Part shown: piece by piece, positions 62,601 to 64,000 of the stretch | Layout: each line of letters starts with the position of its first letter | Numbering within the stretch: position 1 is the first letter of the stretch | Assembly (NCBI GenBank): GCA_031835245.2 | Contig: JAVKOQ020000019.1 | Coordinates: 62,001 to 126,000 of the forward strand | DNA from: Balamuthia mandrillaris | Lineage: Eukaryota | Direction of reading: 5' to 3' | DNA length: 64,000 bases | Position numbers and translations under genes: made by a program | Notes under the pieces: generated by a model | Database searches by the model: none | Told to the model about the DNA's origin: nothing | What the model saw: the letters and a program-made list of their open reading frames with translations, nothing else

Positions 62601-64000
62601 GGGCGATATCAGGGCGGTTTCATCAGGTGCACTGGCAGGAGGTTATGGTAAGCAGCCTTGTTCCTTCTCCCTCTTTGGAACATCACATGCACGGTCTTTT
62701 ACAATCTTTGTTCCTGCTTCTCTTCCACTTTTGCAGCCCAAGGTGACAGCGAGATCATAGCTGCTGGTGCAGGTGCCAGTGCGTTTGGTTTTGGTGCTTA
62801 CTCCTCTTCACTTCAACTTTTTTTGTTTGCTCCTCTTCCTCGCCCCCTCTTCCTCCACCACCTTTTGGCTGATGATGACACATGCAGCGAATGATGGCGA
62901 GATCAGTGCGGTAGCATCGGGTGCAACGGCAGGAGGTCATGGTAAGCAGCCTTGTCCCATCTTCCTCTTCGGAACATCACATGCACGCGGTCTTTTACAC
63001 TCTTTCTTCCTGCTTCTCTTCCACTTTTGCAGCCCAAGGTAATACAAGCGAGATCATAGCTTCTGGTGCAGGTGCCAGTGCATTTGGTTTTGGTGCTTAC
63101 TCCTCTTCACTTCAACTTATTTTGTTTACTCCTCTACCTCCCTCTCTTCCTCCTTCACATTTTGGCTGATGATAACACATGCAGCGAATGAGGGTGAGAT
63201 CAGGGCGGTTTCACCGGGTGCACTGGCAGGAGGTTATGGTAAGCAGCCTTGTCCCTTCTTCCTCTTTGGAACATCACATGCACAGTCTTTTACAATCTTT
63301 CTTCCTGCTTCTCTTCCACTTTGGCAGCTCAAGGTGATACAAGCGAGATTCTAGCTGCTGGTGCAGGTGCCAGTGCGTTTGGTTTTGGTGCTTACTCCTC
63401 TCCCTCCTCCCTCTTTTTTATGCTCCTCTTCTTCCTCGCTCTCTTCCTCCTTCACATTTTGGCTGATGATGACACATGCAGCGAATGAGGGTGAGATCAG
63501 GGCGGTTTCACCGGGTGCACTGGCAGGAGGTTATGGTAAGCAGCCTTGTCCCTTCTTCCTCTTTGGAGCATTACATGCACGGTCGTTTACAATCTTTGTT
63601 CCTGCTTCTCTTCCACTTTTGCAGCTCAAGCTGACAGCGAGATCATAGCCAGTAGTTCTGGTGCCAGTGCATTTGGTTATGGTGCTTACTCCTCTTCCTT
63701 CTCTTTTTGTTGTGCTGCTCCTCTTGGAATATTCAATGCGCCCTCCTTTTCAATCTTTGTTCCCACTCTTGCAGCTCAAGGTAACACAAGCGAGATCCTG
63801 GCTGCTGGTACAGGTGCCAGTGCGTTTGGTTATGGTGCTTACTCCTCTCTTATTTCTGCTTCTCTTGTTCCTTCCTGCTCCTCCTCCTCTTCTTCCGTCA
63901 CCTTTTGGCTGATGAAGACATGCAGCGAATGAGGGAGCTATCAGGGCGGTTTCGCCGGGTGCACTGGCAAGAGGTTATGGTAAGCATTTTTTTCCGTTTG
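56676..64000 (+). CDS. Secreted YadA/tail-fibre-head-like repeat protein encoded by a micro-exon array (3' end outside window)
   Basis: Signal peptide MNASSFLLSLLFSLVVGGCLA. Exon 1 (56676-57237) ends GARLVFWGSRAAFRAGVVSGEQWNADNVGEGSAAFGLDTTAFGSGSLAYG. About 46 phase-1 exons of 54/57/60 nt follow (e.g. 57308-57361, 57440-57496, 57604-57660, 57731-57784, 58317-58370), each one Gly/Ala-rich repeat. Confidence 0.82.
58300..63985 (+). repeat. Tandem exon-intron repeat array (units of ~145-155 bp grouped in pairs or triplets)
   Basis: Recurring blocks gatgacacatgcag, gtaagcagccttgtcccttc, ccacttttgcagctcaagg and gtgcttactcc. Confidence 0.95.

Noticed and set aside
58300..64000. CRISPR-like repeat-spacer array
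   Set aside because: The spacers are homologous to each other, the units carry GT-AG boundaries and an open spliced frame, and there are no cas genes in this eukaryotic context.

Overview
Gene-dense, intron-rich eukaryotic nuclear DNA, with short GT-AG introns often filled with pyrimidine microsatellites on the sense strand. Gene content and style suggest a free-living amoebozoan such as Balamuthia or Acanthamoeba (inference). About 25 protein genes are readable: AP-3 beta, METTL15/RsmH, SMYD, DUF1295, F-box/ankyrin, Pho88, a metallo-beta-lactamase, RCE1, a GATA factor, ArfGAP, a VIT protein, three tandem Frizzled/Smoothened-like GPCRs, a ParB-like nuclease-domain protein, VAMP7, PhyH and AlkB dioxygenases. 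There are also tRNA-Lys(CTT) and tRNA-Glu(CTC). Most striking is a secreted protein gene at 56.7-64 kb with a bacterial YadA/tail-fibre-like head motif. Its Gly/Ala-rich repeats are encoded one per exon by about 46 symmetric phase-1 micro-exons (54/57/60 nt) with homogenised introns, and it runs off the window end. Second, an accessory island at 18.3-22.3 kb holds a ~2.65-kb terminal-inverted-repeat element that splits an intronless zinc-binding gene in frame, next to a displaced fragment of the PhyH gene found 36 kb away. Third, the GPCR triplet shows patchwork identity in the transmembrane exons and divergent ligand-binding domains. All family calls come from motif recognition by eye; no searches were run, and many exon boundaries are approximate.
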